The notes under the pieces were generated by a model. The model was not told the DNA's origin. It did no database searches and saw nothing but the letters and a program-made list of their open reading frames with translations. A stretch of DNA of 64,000 nt from Pseudomonadota bacterium. GTDB taxonomy: Bacteria; Pseudomonadota; Gammaproteobacteria; Ga0077536. Made by a program: the position numbers and the translations under genes. The DNA is taken from positions 162,200 to 226,199 of the forward strand of contig JADJYF010000008.1 of the NCBI GenBank assembly GCA_016719885.1. The letters are read 5' to 3'. Below are positions 1 through 12,725 of this stretch, one piece after another. The number at the start of each line of letters is the position of its first letter. The first letter of the stretch is position 1.

Positions 1-1
1 C

Positions 2-604
2 AATGCCATCATGGGCGCGGTGGCCGAGTCCTCGGCGCGCATCGACGAACTGCACAGCGCCGTCAGCCTGGTCGGCCAGGCCTCGAACGAGATCCGCGAC
101 ATCGCGGCGCAGACCAACCTGCTGGCCCTGAATGCCGCCATCGAAGCGGCGCGCGCCGGCGAACAGGGTCGCGGCTTCGCGGTGGTGGCCGACGAGGTGC
201 GCGCGCTTGCCACCCGCACCGCCGCCAGCACCGACAAGATCACCGAGATCATCGAACACATCACCGACGCCACGCGCCGCGCGCTGTCGACCATGCATTC
301 GACCCGCGAGGGCGTGACGCGCAATGCCGACGACATCCAGGTGGTGGGCGCGGCCCTCGAGCAGGTCACGCGCGCCAGCCACGACATCCTGCAGTTGGCG
401 GAAGGCAATGCGCGCGCGATGCAGGAACAGGCCAGTTCCGCCTCGGAACTCGGCACCGCGGTCGAACACATCAATGCCCTGGCCGACGGCAACAGCCGCG
501 CTTTCGAGCACCTGGGCCTGACCTCGGAAACGGTCGATGGCACCGCCAGCGAACTGACCGCGCTGGTCGCGCACTACGCCATGAGCGAGCCGCGCGCGGC
601 CTGA
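2..604 (+). CDS. Methyl-accepting chemotaxis protein, C-terminal signalling domain (5' part lies upstream of window)
   Basis: Frame open to window edge; canonical MCP hairpin-tip motif [34 protein letters not shown]. Confidence 0.9.
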   Translation, partial: NAIMGAVAESSARIDELHSAVSLVGQASNEIRDIAAQTNLLALNAAIEAARAGEQGRGFAVVADEVRALATRTAASTDKITEIIEHITDATRRALSTMHSTREGVTRNADDIQVVGAALEQVTRASHDILQLAEGNARAMQEQASSASELGTAVEHINALADGNSRAFEHLGLTSETVDGTASELTALVAHYAMSEPRAA

Positions 605-651
605 GTCTCGATGCACCATGACGGCCGCCCACGGCGCGCCGTCGCGGACAC

Positions 652-1035
652 CTACTTTGCGTCGATTTCGGCCAGCACCTTGCGCGCGATGCGGAACGAG
701 GTGACGCCAGCCGGCACCCCGCAGTACATCGCCACCTGGTGCAGCACCGCCTTCAGTTCGTCGCGCGACAGGCCGTTGTTGAGGGCGCCACGGAAGTGCA
801 GTTCGAATTCCTCGGACCGTCCAAGCGCGGCCAGCATGCCGAGATTGAGAATGCTGCGGGTCTTGGGCGGCAGGGTGTCGTCACCCCAGATGAAGCCCCA
901 GGTGTAGTCGGTCACGACCTTCTCCTGGAACTCGCGATTGAAATCGTCGAGGCCGGCCATGGCGCGCTCCACGTATTCCTCGCCCAATACCGCCTTGCGC
1001 ATCTTGAGGCCGGCTTCGAATTGACTGTCGCTCAT
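652..1035 (-). CDS. Carboxymuconolactone decarboxylase (CMD/AhpD-like) family protein
   Basis: 127 aa; CMD-family layout (KTRSILNLGMLAALGR...ELHFRGALNNGLSRDELKAVLHQVAMYCGVPAG). Confidence 0.75.
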   Translation of the reverse strand: MSDSQFEAGLKMRKAVLGEEYVERAMAGLDDFNREFQEKVVTDYTWGFIWGDDTLPPKTRSILNLGMLAALGRSEEFELHFRGALNNGLSRDELKAVLHQVAMYCGVPAGVTSFRIARKVLAEIDAK

Positions 1036-1282
1036 GCTGATTCTCCTGCTGGGTGTCTGCCTGGGTGCTGCGCCGACGGCGCCCCGCGATTATGCACGCC
1101 GCTTTCACGGCGGTTCTCGAAGCGCATCGGATCGTGAAACTGTGAATCGACCCCCAGTCCTTGCCGCGGGCGACGAACCAAGCGGAATTACCATGTCGAA
1201 ACGACACGCCTGGGCACGCGCCGCATCGCGGCAGCGTCACGCGATGCCCGACGGTCGTTGCATTACGAAGGACGAGGTTTGT

Positions 1283-1780
1283 ATGACACATGATGAAAGC
1301 CGATTCGACACGGACGCCGACTCCACGCCGGTCGAGGTCGAGGCCGATCCCGCCGCCCTGCCCTGTCCCGGTCGTCGCGCCATGCTGGGATGCGCGCTCG
1401 CCTTGAGCGTCACGCAGTTGCTCGGCATCAGCGAGGCCGAAGCGGCCACCGGCCAATGGACCTCGGCTGGCGCGCCGTCCGGCTTTGCGCTCGGCAAGCC
1501 CAAGCTGCTCAAGTTGGCGAGCGGTCGCGCGCCGGTCTTCATCACCAAGCTGTCGGCCACCAGCTTCCGGGCCCTGTACGCGGTGTGCACCCACGAGGTG
1601 CATACGGTGGATGTCGCGCCCGGCCACACCAACTACGCGTTCCGCTGCCCCAAGCACGGCGCCAAGTTCGACAAGACCGGCAAGGTGTTGGCCAACCAGA
1701 AGGCCAAGCGCGCGCTGGTCAAGCTGCCGGTCAAGATAGTCAAGAACAAGGTGATGGTGAACGTCGCCGGCTTCGTGTGA
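1283..1780 (+). CDS. Small Rieske [2Fe-2S] domain protein with Tat-like signal
   Basis: Rieske boxes CTHEVH and CPKHGAKF; N-terminal GRRAMLGCALAL twin-Arg-like signal. ATG 1283 chosen because the upstream part of ORF 1034.. is low-complexity. Confidence 0.65.
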   Translation: MTHDESRFDTDADSTPVEVEADPAALPCPGRRAMLGCALALSVTQLLGISEAEAATGQWTSAGAPSGFALGKPKLLKLASGRAPVFITKLSATSFRALYAVCTHEVHTVDVAPGHTNYAFRCPKHGAKFDKTGKVLANQKAKRALVKLPVKIVKNKVMVNVAGFV

Positions 1781-1854
1781 GCCGCCCGGCGGCTGGGTTC
1801 GCGCCCCGAGTTCGATGTTAGGATGCCGGCAGTCCTGGCTGCCGGAGAAACCCG

Positions 1855-2622
1855 ATGATCGATCTCTACTACTGGCCGACGCCCAATGGCTGGAAAGTCA
1901 GCATCATGCTCGAGGAGTGCGGGCTCGAGTACAACACCATCGCCGTCGATATCGGCGGCGGTGATCAGTTCAAGCCGGAATTCCTGCGCATCTGCCCCAA
2001 CAACCGCATGCCCGCCATCGTCGACCATGCGCCGGCGGGCGGCGGCAAAGCGCTGGCGCTGTTCGAGTCCGGCGCCATCGTCGAATACCTGGCGGACAAG
2101 GCGGGACGCCTGCTCGGCGCACCCGGCAGCGCCGACCGTTACCGCGTGCTGCAATGGGTGTACTGGCAGATGGCCAATCTCGGCCCGATGATGGGCAACG
2201 CCAATCACTTCAAGAACTACGCCAAGAATCTCACCAGCGACGCGGCCCAGCTCGAATACGGCATCAAGCGCTTCAGCGGTGAAGTCGATCGGCTGTGCGG
2301 CGTGATGGACGCCGAACTCGGCGCCCACCGCTACCTCGCTGGCGATGAATACAGCATCGCCGACATCATGAGCTGGCCATGGGCCTGCCTGTTGGAGCGC
2401 CTGATCGATCCCGGCGTCAATGACAAGTTTCCCCATCTGAAACGCTGGGTGGACGAAGTCGGCGCGCGGCCGGCGGTACAGAAGGGCCGCAATCTCTACA
2501 AGGAATGGGCGGAGCGTCCGCTCACCGAAGAGCAGGAGCAGAAGCGGCGCGCGCTGCTGTTCAACCAGACCAACGACAAGGTGCGCGCGGCGCGCGAAGC
2601 GGCGGCCAAGGCCGCGCGCTGA
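1855..2622 (+). CDS. yfcG: Nu-class glutathione S-transferase (YfcG-like disulfide reductase) with ~40-aa charged C-terminal tail
   Basis: N-terminus MIDLYYWPTPNGWKVSIMLEE...FKPEFLRICPNNRMPAIVDH...ALFESGAI closely parallels E. coli YfcG as I remember it. Confidence 0.75.
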   Translation: MIDLYYWPTPNGWKVSIMLEECGLEYNTIAVDIGGGDQFKPEFLRICPNNRMPAIVDHAPAGGGKALALFESGAIVEYLADKAGRLLGAPGSADRYRVLQWVYWQMANLGPMMGNANHFKNYAKNLTSDAAQLEYGIKRFSGEVDRLCGVMDAELGAHRYLAGDEYSIADIMSWPWACLLERLIDPGVNDKFPHLKRWVDEVGARPAVQKGRNLYKEWAERPLTEEQEQKRRALLFNQTNDKVRAAREAAAKAAR

Positions 2623-2631
2623 CGGCCGGGC

Positions 2632-3591
2632 TCAGAACAGCTCCACGCCGCCGACCTCGCGCTGCTCGCAGAGCGGCGCCTGGTTGGCGACCTGGATGCG
2701 ATTGCGGCCCTCGTGCTTGGCCTGGTAGAGCGCCTGGTCGGCGATATCCACCAGGTCGGGGGCAAGCTGGCCCGCGCCGGCACGGGCGTAGCCGATGCTG
2801 ACCGTGATATTGCCCACCACCGGAAATTGATAGGCCGCGACCGCCTCGCGAAAGCGCTCGAGGGCGATACGCGCGCCCGCTTCGTCGGTGCGCATCAAGA
2901 CCAGGAACTCCTCGCCGCCGAAGCGGAACAGGCGATCGTTGAAGCGGAACGATTTCTCCATCACCCGCGCGAAGCGCAGCAACACTTCGTCACCCAACAG
3001 GTGACCGTAGTTGTCGTTGACACGCTTGAAATGATCGATGTCGAGGATCGCCAGCCATAGTTCATGGCCGAGCTGTTCGGCCGCGCCGCTGGCGAGCTGC
3101 AGGAAAGTCTGGGTGAAAGCCTGGCGATTCAAAAGGCCCGTCAGCTGGTCGCGTTCGCGCGCTTCGATGAGCCGCAGCTGGTTACCGAACAAATCCGCGA
3201 GATGCATGATCTGCATGCGCAACAGCGGATCGGGCGTGGGTGAGTCCAACACCAGCAGCCGCCGCGGTGCGCTGTGGCCCGGGATCGGCAGCACGATACG
3301 CGCGGCATCCGCCGCGCTGGCCGGCAACATCACCGGCCCATCGCTGGCCAGGGCCTGCTCGACACCGCGCAGATCGGGCGCCGAACGGTGTGCGATGCCG
3401 AGTTCCACATCGAACAGGCGCACCACCGGCCCATCCTCGTCACCACCCTTGTAATAGGATTCCAGCAGCATGGCCTTGGCGGCCCAGCCACTTTGATCCA
3501 GCACCTCGATCAGCGCCCGTGCCAGGGATTGGCTGTCGAGCTGACTGGTGAGGCTCAGGGTGATGTGCTGGAGGACGCTTAGTTCGTGCAT
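2632..3591 (-). CDS. Diguanylate cyclase (GGDEF domain) with N-terminal sensory (GAF-like) region
   Basis: GGEEF active-site motif (RFGGEEFLVLM); DHFKRVNDNYGHLLGD upstream of it. Confidence 0.9.
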   Translation of the reverse strand: MHELSVLQHITLSLTSQLDSQSLARALIEVLDQSGWAAKAMLLESYYKGGDEDGPVVRLFDVELGIAHRSAPDLRGVEQALASDGPVMLPASAADAARIVLPIPGHSAPRRLLVLDSPTPDPLLRMQIMHLADLFGNQLRLIEARERDQLTGLLNRQAFTQTFLQLASGAAEQLGHELWLAILDIDHFKRVNDNYGHLLGDEVLLRFARVMEKSFRFNDRLFRFGGEEFLVLMRTDEAGARIALERFREAVAAYQFPVVGNITVSIGYARAGAGQLAPDLVDIADQALYQAKHEGRNRIQVANQAPLCEQREVGGVELF

Positions 3592-3734
3592 GGTCGAGGA
3601 TGGACTCCGAGCATGTTTGCGGCGCGTCCGGCCTGAACTTTAAGGCCATGACCGCGGGCAGCGGCGATGCGAGAATGGCGGCGGGCCCGCCCACGCCGCG
3701 GGCATCTCGGTACAGGAACGAAGAGGAGGTTTTC

Positions 3735-4502
3735 ATGGGGCGCCTGGACAACAAGGTCTGCATCATCACCGGCGCCGCCGGCGGCCAGGGCGAGGTTGCG
3801 GTGGAATTGTTCGCGCGCGAAGGCGCGCGCATCCTGGCCTCGGATCTCGCGCCGCAGGCCAGCGCGCGCATTGCAAAGGTCGCGGCCGAGCACCCGGGGC
3901 GGGTGCACTACGTGGCGGGTGACGTCACGCACGGCGCCGACCTCGACGCCATCGTGGCGGGCGCGGTCGAGCGCTTCGGTCGCATCGACGTGCTGTTCAA
4001 CAACCACGGCGTGATGGTCGGCAGTCCCTTCCTCGACACCACCGAGGCGCAGCTCGACCAGGTGCTTTCGATCAACGTGCGCGCCTCCTTCCTGCTCGCG
4101 CAGCGCGTCGCGCGCCAGATGGTGGCGCAGGGCGGCGGCGGTTCCATCATCCACAACGCCTCCATCGGCGGCGTGGTCGGCTTCCCCGACATGGCGGCCT
4201 ATGGCGCCTCCAAGGCCGGTGTCGCGCAGTTGGCGCGCTCGATGGCCAACGATCTGCGCGCCTGGGGCATACGCGTCAACGCGGTGGCGCCGGGCGGTAT
4301 CGACACGCCGATGCCGCGCAAGTACGTAGAAAAATTTTCCGACCGTGAAGGGGTGTGGAAAGCCATGGAACAGGCCCATCTCACCGGCCGCCTGGGACGT
4401 CCCGAGGAAGTGATCTACCTGGTGCTGTTCCTGGCCTCCGACGAGGCCTCGTTCATGAACGGCGCGGTGGTCGCGGTCGACGGCGGCTACTCGGCGGTGT
4501 GA
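3735..4502 (+). CDS. Short-chain dehydrogenase/reductase (SDR)
   Basis: TGAAGGQG cofactor motif, YGASK catalytic YxxxK; AAGAGGAGG Shine-Dalgarno just upstream of ATG 3735. Confidence 0.9.
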   Translation: MGRLDNKVCIITGAAGGQGEVAVELFAREGARILASDLAPQASARIAKVAAEHPGRVHYVAGDVTHGADLDAIVAGAVERFGRIDVLFNNHGVMVGSPFLDTTEAQLDQVLSINVRASFLLAQRVARQMVAQGGGGSIIHNASIGGVVGFPDMAAYGASKAGVAQLARSMANDLRAWGIRVNAVAPGGIDTPMPRKYVEKFSDREGVWKAMEQAHLTGRLGRPEEVIYLVLFLASDEASFMNGAVVAVDGGYSAV

Positions 4503-4533
4503 GCAGGCGACGCTCCCGACGCAGGCCACGCGC

Positions 4534-6390
4534 ATGGTAAGCACGGCCCCCGCCACGCTGTTCGAGCGTCTGCACGCCGAGCTGTGCGGCCTGCGCGCGG
4601 CGGCGCGCGCCTACGCCGCCCAGCATTCCGCTGCCATCGCGGCCGCCGGGCCGGACTACCGCGACAGTGCCACCAACCTGCTGCATTACCTGAGCCTGCG
4701 TCAGCATGACCTGCGACCGTTGCAGGACGCGCTGGTGGATCTCGGCCTGTCGTCGCTGGGACGCAGCGAAGCCCACGTCATGGCGGCGCTCGAGGCGCTG
4801 TTGGGCGCCCTTGAGCGTCTCGGCCAATGGCCGGCCGCCGCCGCGCCGGACGAACCGTCGACGCTCAACCATGCGCGCGGTCGGCAGCTGCTCGACACTC
4901 ACACCGCGGCCCTGCTCGGCGCGGCGCCGGCCGAGCGCGCGGTGCGCATCATGGTCACCATGCCGGGCGCGGCGGCCGACGACGCAACACTCATTCCGGC
5001 GCTGCTGGCGGCCGGCATGGACATCATGCGCATCAACGCCGCGCACGATGAGCCGGCGGCGTGGCAAGCCATGGTCGCGCGCCTGCGCGCGGCCGAGCGG
5101 GACAGCGGCCGACGCTGCAAGGTGCAGCTCGACCTGGCCGGCCCCAAGCTGCGCACCGGCGCCCTGTACGGTACGCAGCGCGTGGCGCGCTTCGGACCGC
5201 TGCGCGATGAATGCGGCGCGGTACTGCGGCCGGCCATGGTGTGGCTGACCGCCGCCGACGCCCCGGCGCCGCCGCCGCAAGCCGTCGACTGCGTGCTGCC
5301 GGTAAGCGGTGACGTGCTGCGCGACGCCGCCGGCGGCGATGCGCTGGAGATCCAGGACTGCCGCTGGCGCCATCGCAAGGTGCGGCTGGTCGCGGCCCAC
5401 GCCGGCGGTTGGCTGGCGCAGGCCGTCAAGCGCATCTACGTCGAAGACGGTGCGGCGGTGCGCCTGCGCCGTCGCGGGCGCTTCATCGCCCATGGCGTGT
5501 TGCGCGGCCTGGTCACCGCCGAGCGCGCGCTGCGGCTCGAGGTCGGCGACACGCTGGTGGTGTGTCGCGACGAAACGGCCGGCCGCGCCGCCGAATTTTC
5601 CGCCGACGGCGCCATCACGCGCGCGGCGCGCATAGGCAGCACGCTCGGCGCGGCATTCGACGACATTGCGCCCGGTCATCGCATCCTGTTCGACGACGGC
5701 AAGCTGGCCGGCGAAGTGCTGGCCAACAGCGGCGAAGAGCTCGAAGTGCGCATCACCCACACGCCGCCCGGCGGCGCGCGCCTGCGCAGCGACAAGGGCA
5801 TCAACCTGCCGGACAGTCGCCTGCGCCTTGCCAGCCTGTCGCCCGCCGATCTCGAGCACCTCGATTTCGCCGTCGCCCACTGCGACATGGTCGGGCTGTC
5901 ATTCGTGCGCGGCGCGGAGGATGTGCTGCTGCTGGAAGACGAACTCACGCGCCGCGATGGTCAGCACCTCGGCGTGGTGTTGAAAATAGAAACGCGCCAG
6001 GGCTTCGAGGCCCTGCCCGACATCCTGCTCGCGTCACTGCGCTCGCCGCCGGTCGGCATCATGATCGCGCGCGGCGACCTCGCCGCCGAAATCGGTTTCG
6101 AACGGCTGGCCGAAGTGCAGGAAGAGATCCTGTGGCTGTGCGAAGCCGCCCACGTGCCGGTGATCTGGGCGACCCAGGTGCTGGAGACGCTGGCCAAGAG
6201 CGGTTACCCGTCGCGCGCCGAAGTCACCGATGCGGCGATGGGCGTGCGCGCCGAGTGCGTGATGCTGAACAAGGGTCCCTACATGGTCGAGGCGGTGACG
6301 TTCCTGGATGGCGTATTGCGTCGCATGCAGAGCCATCAGCACAAGAAGCGCGCGATGCTGCGCCGGCTGGCCGTGGCCGGCGCGCAATGA
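4534..6390 (+). CDS. Pyruvate kinase family protein (barrel domain, N-terminal extension, no obvious C-terminal allosteric domain)
   Basis: PK motifs GPKLRTG, KIETRQG, MIARGDLAAEIG, ATQVLETL. Protein ends shortly after the barrel. Confidence 0.75.
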   Translation: MVSTAPATLFERLHAELCGLRAAARAYAAQHSAAIAAAGPDYRDSATNLLHYLSLRQHDLRPLQDALVDLGLSSLGRSEAHVMAALEALLGALERLGQWPAAAAPDEPSTLNHARGRQLLDTHTAALLGAAPAERAVRIMVTMPGAAADDATLIPALLAAGMDIMRINAAHDEPAAWQAMVARLRAAERDSGRRCKVQLDLAGPKLRTGALYGTQRVARFGPLRDECGAVLRPAMVWLTAADAPAPPPQAVDCVLPVSGDVLRDAAGGDALEIQDCRWRHRKVRLVAAHAGGWLAQAVKRIYVEDGAAVRLRRRGRFIAHGVLRGLVTAERALRLEVGDTLVVCRDETAGRAAEFSADGAITRAARIGSTLGAAFDDIAPGHRILFDDGKLAGEVLANSGEELEVRITHTPPGGARLRSDKGINLPDSRLRLASLSPADLEHLDFAVAHCDMVGLSFVRGAEDVLLLEDELTRRDGQHLGVVLKIETRQGFEALPDILLASLRSPPVGIMIARGDLAAEIGFERLAEVQEEILWLCEAAHVPVIWATQVLETLAKSGYPSRAEVTDAAMGVRAECVMLNKGPYMVEAVTFLDGVLRRMQSHQHKKRAMLRRLAVAGAQ

Positions 6391-6402
6391 CGCACGTCCG
6401 AC

Positions 6403-6951
6403 TCAGAACTGCGGTTTGACGTCGGCGCTGCGGTAGCGCTCGAGACCGTCCAGCACTTCGCGCTTGGCCGCGTCGGGGCCTTCCCAGCCGCGCACCTTCA
6501 CCCACTTGCCGACTTCGAGATCCTTGTAGTGCTCGAAGAAGTGCTGGATCTGCAGCAGCCGCTCGGGCTGCAGATCCTCGGGGCACTGCCAGTGCTTGTA
6601 GATCGGCAGGATGCGATCGATGGGCACCGCCAGCAGCTTGGCGTCGCCGCCCGCTTCGTCGTCCATCATCAGCACACCTATCGGTCGGCAGCGAATCACG
6701 GCGCCGGTGGTGACCGCGAAGGGTGTCACCACCAGCACGTCCACCGGGTCGCCGTCGTCGGCGATGGTGTGCGGGATGTAGCCGTAGTTGCATGGGTAGT
6801 GCATGGCGGTCAGCATGAAGCGGTCGACGAACAGGGCGCCGGTGGCCTTGTCCACTTCGTACTTGACCGGGTCGGCATTCATCGGGATTTCGATGATGAC
6901 GTTGAATTCCTCGGGCGGCATGCGCCCGGAGTCGACGCGATCGAGATTCAT
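6403..6951 (-). CDS. ppa: Inorganic pyrophosphatase
   Basis: FNVIIEIP...KYEVDK...DRF...[11 protein letters not shown]...DGDPVDVLV family-I PPase motifs; start at MNLDRV (6951). Confidence 0.93.
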   Translation of the reverse strand: MNLDRVDSGRMPPEEFNVIIEIPMNADPVKYEVDKATGALFVDRFMLTAMHYPCNYGYIPHTIADDGDPVDVLVVTPFAVTTGAVIRCRPIGVLMMDDEAGGDAKLLAVPIDRILPIYKHWQCPEDLQPERLLQIQHFFEHYKDLEVGKWVKVRGWEGPDAAKREVLDGLERYRSADVKPQF

Positions 6952-7019
6952 GGAAGACTCATTCCTCAGGCAGGCAAAGAATACGGGGCGCCATTCTACG
7001 CGCCCCGCGGGGCGCGCGT

Positions 7020-10556
<3,537 letters not shown>

Positions 10557-10728
10557 GTCGTCGTGCTGTCCTGGCGCGCGCAGCGCGTGAATGTGGGCCG
10601 GTCGCGCGCCCTCCCATGGGCGGCGCGCGGCAAGTGTCGGGCGTAGAGCGGGCAACGGCAAGTGTACAATCGTCAGATTGCCCGCTCGACTCCATTGCCC
10701 ACGACCTCGAGGCCGTTGCCAGTCGCCC

Positions 10729-11568
10729 ATGACATCTCCCTCACTACCAGCCCGGGCCGCGCCTGACACGAGCCGGGGCCCACGCCTGGTCGGCATGGCG
10801 CTGGCCGTGCTGTGGACCGGCGTGGCCATCGCCGCACACGGCACCGCGCTGGCGCTGCCGACCTTGTTGGCGGCGGGCGGCGGCGTGGCGTGGCTGGCGT
10901 GGCTGGCACACCGGCAGTCGCGCGCCGTCGCGGCGCACGCAGCCAGCCCCGGCTGCGCGAGCGCCACCGCCCTGCTCGAGGCGATGCTGGCCAACGATCT
11001 CGACGCGGTGCTGGCGCAAGGCGCGGCCTTGCTCGGCGCAAGCCGCGTGTGGCTGCGCGTCGACGCGCCGCTCGTGGCACAAACCCTGGATTGGCCGCCG
11101 TCGCCGCAGGCCGCCGCGCCCGCCTGGTGGCGCGATGCACTCGCCGAGCAGCCAGTGTGGGTGTGCGATACCGGACCACTCGCGTGCGTGGTGCAACTGC
11201 GCCATCGCGACGTCGCCTTCGGCGTACTGGCTTTTGAACGGGACGCCGCGGCGCAGGCCTTTTCGACTGGCGATACGCAGGCGGCCAGCGCCGTGGCGAT
11301 GCTCATGACGCACCTGTTGCTGAGCCGTCATCTCGAGGCGCGCCTCGATGAACTCGGTGAACAGCAGGCGCGCGAACGGCGCATGTTCCTGTCGCGCCTG
11401 AGTCACAAGCTGCGCACGCCCATGACCGCCATCCTCGGCTTCGCGCAGATCCTGGCGCTGGACGACGGTCTCGAAGGCGAACACCGCGAGTTCGTGCGGG
11501 AAATCGAAGCCGCCGGTCAGAGCCTGCTCGACATGCTCAACGAATTGGTCGGCGTGACGCGCGATTAG
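10729..11568 (+). CDS. Membrane protein with GAF-like region and HisKA dimerisation/phosphoacceptor domain but no ATPase domain (truncated or stand-alone)
   Basis: Two N-terminal hydrophobic segments; H-box FLSRLSHKLRTPMTAILGF; stop about 60 aa after the His, no N/G boxes. Confidence 0.6.
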   Translation: MTSPSLPARAAPDTSRGPRLVGMALAVLWTGVAIAAHGTALALPTLLAAGGGVAWLAWLAHRQSRAVAAHAASPGCASATALLEAMLANDLDAVLAQGAALLGASRVWLRVDAPLVAQTLDWPPSPQAAAPAWWRDALAEQPVWVCDTGPLACVVQLRHRDVAFGVLAFERDAAAQAFSTGDTQAASAVAMLMTHLLLSRHLEARLDELGEQQARERRMFLSRLSHKLRTPMTAILGFAQILALDDGLEGEHREFVREIEAAGQSLLDMLNELVGVTRD

Positions 11569-11594
11569 ACCGCGGCTGCGCGTGGCGCCAGGCG

Positions 11595-12614
11595 TCAGCC
11601 GCCGAGCAAGGCCACCGCGATCTCGGCCTTGCGTTCGATGATTTGCTTGTAGCCGGCCAGGTCGAAATCCCGCGCGCTACCCATGGCCCCCACCAGGTAG
11701 CGCTTGTACACGCCCTGTCGAATCGCCGCGAGCCGCCATTGTTGAAACGCGCGGTAGTAGTCGATGTGCTCGAGATCGAAACCCGTCAGCTCGGCATAGC
11801 GCGCCACCAGCACCTCGCGCGGGCTGAAGCCGCCGGCGGTGGTGGGCATGCTGTCCTCGGCGTCGCCGCGACGCTCCTCGGGCGCCATCCAGGTGTTGAG
11901 CAGGTAGCCGAGATCGGCCAGCGGATCGCCCAACGTGCACAGCTCCCAATCCAGCACCGCCTGGATGCGGCCGCCGGCGACGATGAAATTGCCGAGGCGA
12001 TAATCGCCATGCACGATGCTGGCGCCGACCTGGATGGGCATGCGCTCGCCGAGCAGGCGCAGCGCGTCTTCCATGGCCGGCACCGGCTCGGTGCGGGTCG
12101 CCTGCCACTGCTGGGTCCAGCGCTTGAGCTGCCGCGCGATGTAGTTTTCCTTGCGGCCGAGATCGCCCAGGCCCACCGCGTCCGGGTCGAGCTTGTGCAA
12201 GCGCGCCAGCACTTCGGCGACGTCGGTGCTGAGTGCGATGCGCTCGGCGGCCGGGATATGCGCCGCCGCTTCGTCGTCATGCGGCACCATGCCTTCGACG
12301 AAGTCCATGATGAAGAACGGCGCACCGTTGACCGCGCTGTCCTGACACAGGCCATGGGTCCTCGCCACCGGTACACCACTGCCGGCGAGGGCATGCACCA
12401 CGCGATATTCACGCCCCATGTCGTGCGCGCTTTCGAGCACATGACCGAGCGGCGGGCGGCGCAGCACGTAGCAGCGCCCGGCGGCGTCGCGCGCACTGTA
12501 GGTGAGATTGGAATGACCGCCGGCAATCAACACGTACTCCACCGGCGGCGTGAGCGCCGGCACATGCGCGGCCAGCCACGCGGTGACGTTCACCGCGTCG
12601 ATACCTTCAGTCAT
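11595..12614 (-). CDS. Phosphotransferase (APH/choline-kinase fold) family protein, ACAD10/11-kinase-domain-like
   Basis: HGDYRLGN Brenner motif, DWE; GGHSNLTY near N-terminus; start at MTEGIDAV (12614). The longer track ORF upstream is antisense to the ACAD gene. Confidence 0.85.
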   Translation of the reverse strand: MTEGIDAVNVTAWLAAHVPALTPPVEYVLIAGGHSNLTYSARDAAGRCYVLRRPPLGHVLESAHDMGREYRVVHALAGSGVPVARTHGLCQDSAVNGAPFFIMDFVEGMVPHDDEAAAHIPAAERIALSTDVAEVLARLHKLDPDAVGLGDLGRKENYIARQLKRWTQQWQATRTEPVPAMEDALRLLGERMPIQVGASIVHGDYRLGNFIVAGGRIQAVLDWELCTLGDPLADLGYLLNTWMAPEERRGDAEDSMPTTAGGFSPREVLVARYAELTGFDLEHIDYYRAFQQWRLAAIRQGVYKRYLVGAMGSARDFDLAGYKQIIERKAEIAVALLGG

Positions 12615-12725
12615 GACGTTCCCCTGGCTTGACGAGCCGGCATGATAACGCGCGTCGCGGCCGTCGGGTTCGCGCGCGCCATTCCCGTATACTCGGGCTT
12701 CGCCTATCGCCAATGGACTGCCTGC

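Noticed and set aside
10557-11306. The 250-codon N-terminal extension of the 1428-aa track ORF (7020..11306).
   Set aside because: The extension is Ala/Ser/Arg/Cys-rich low-complexity sequence running antisense through the divergent HisKA-only gene. A clean permease N-terminus starts at ATG 10556.
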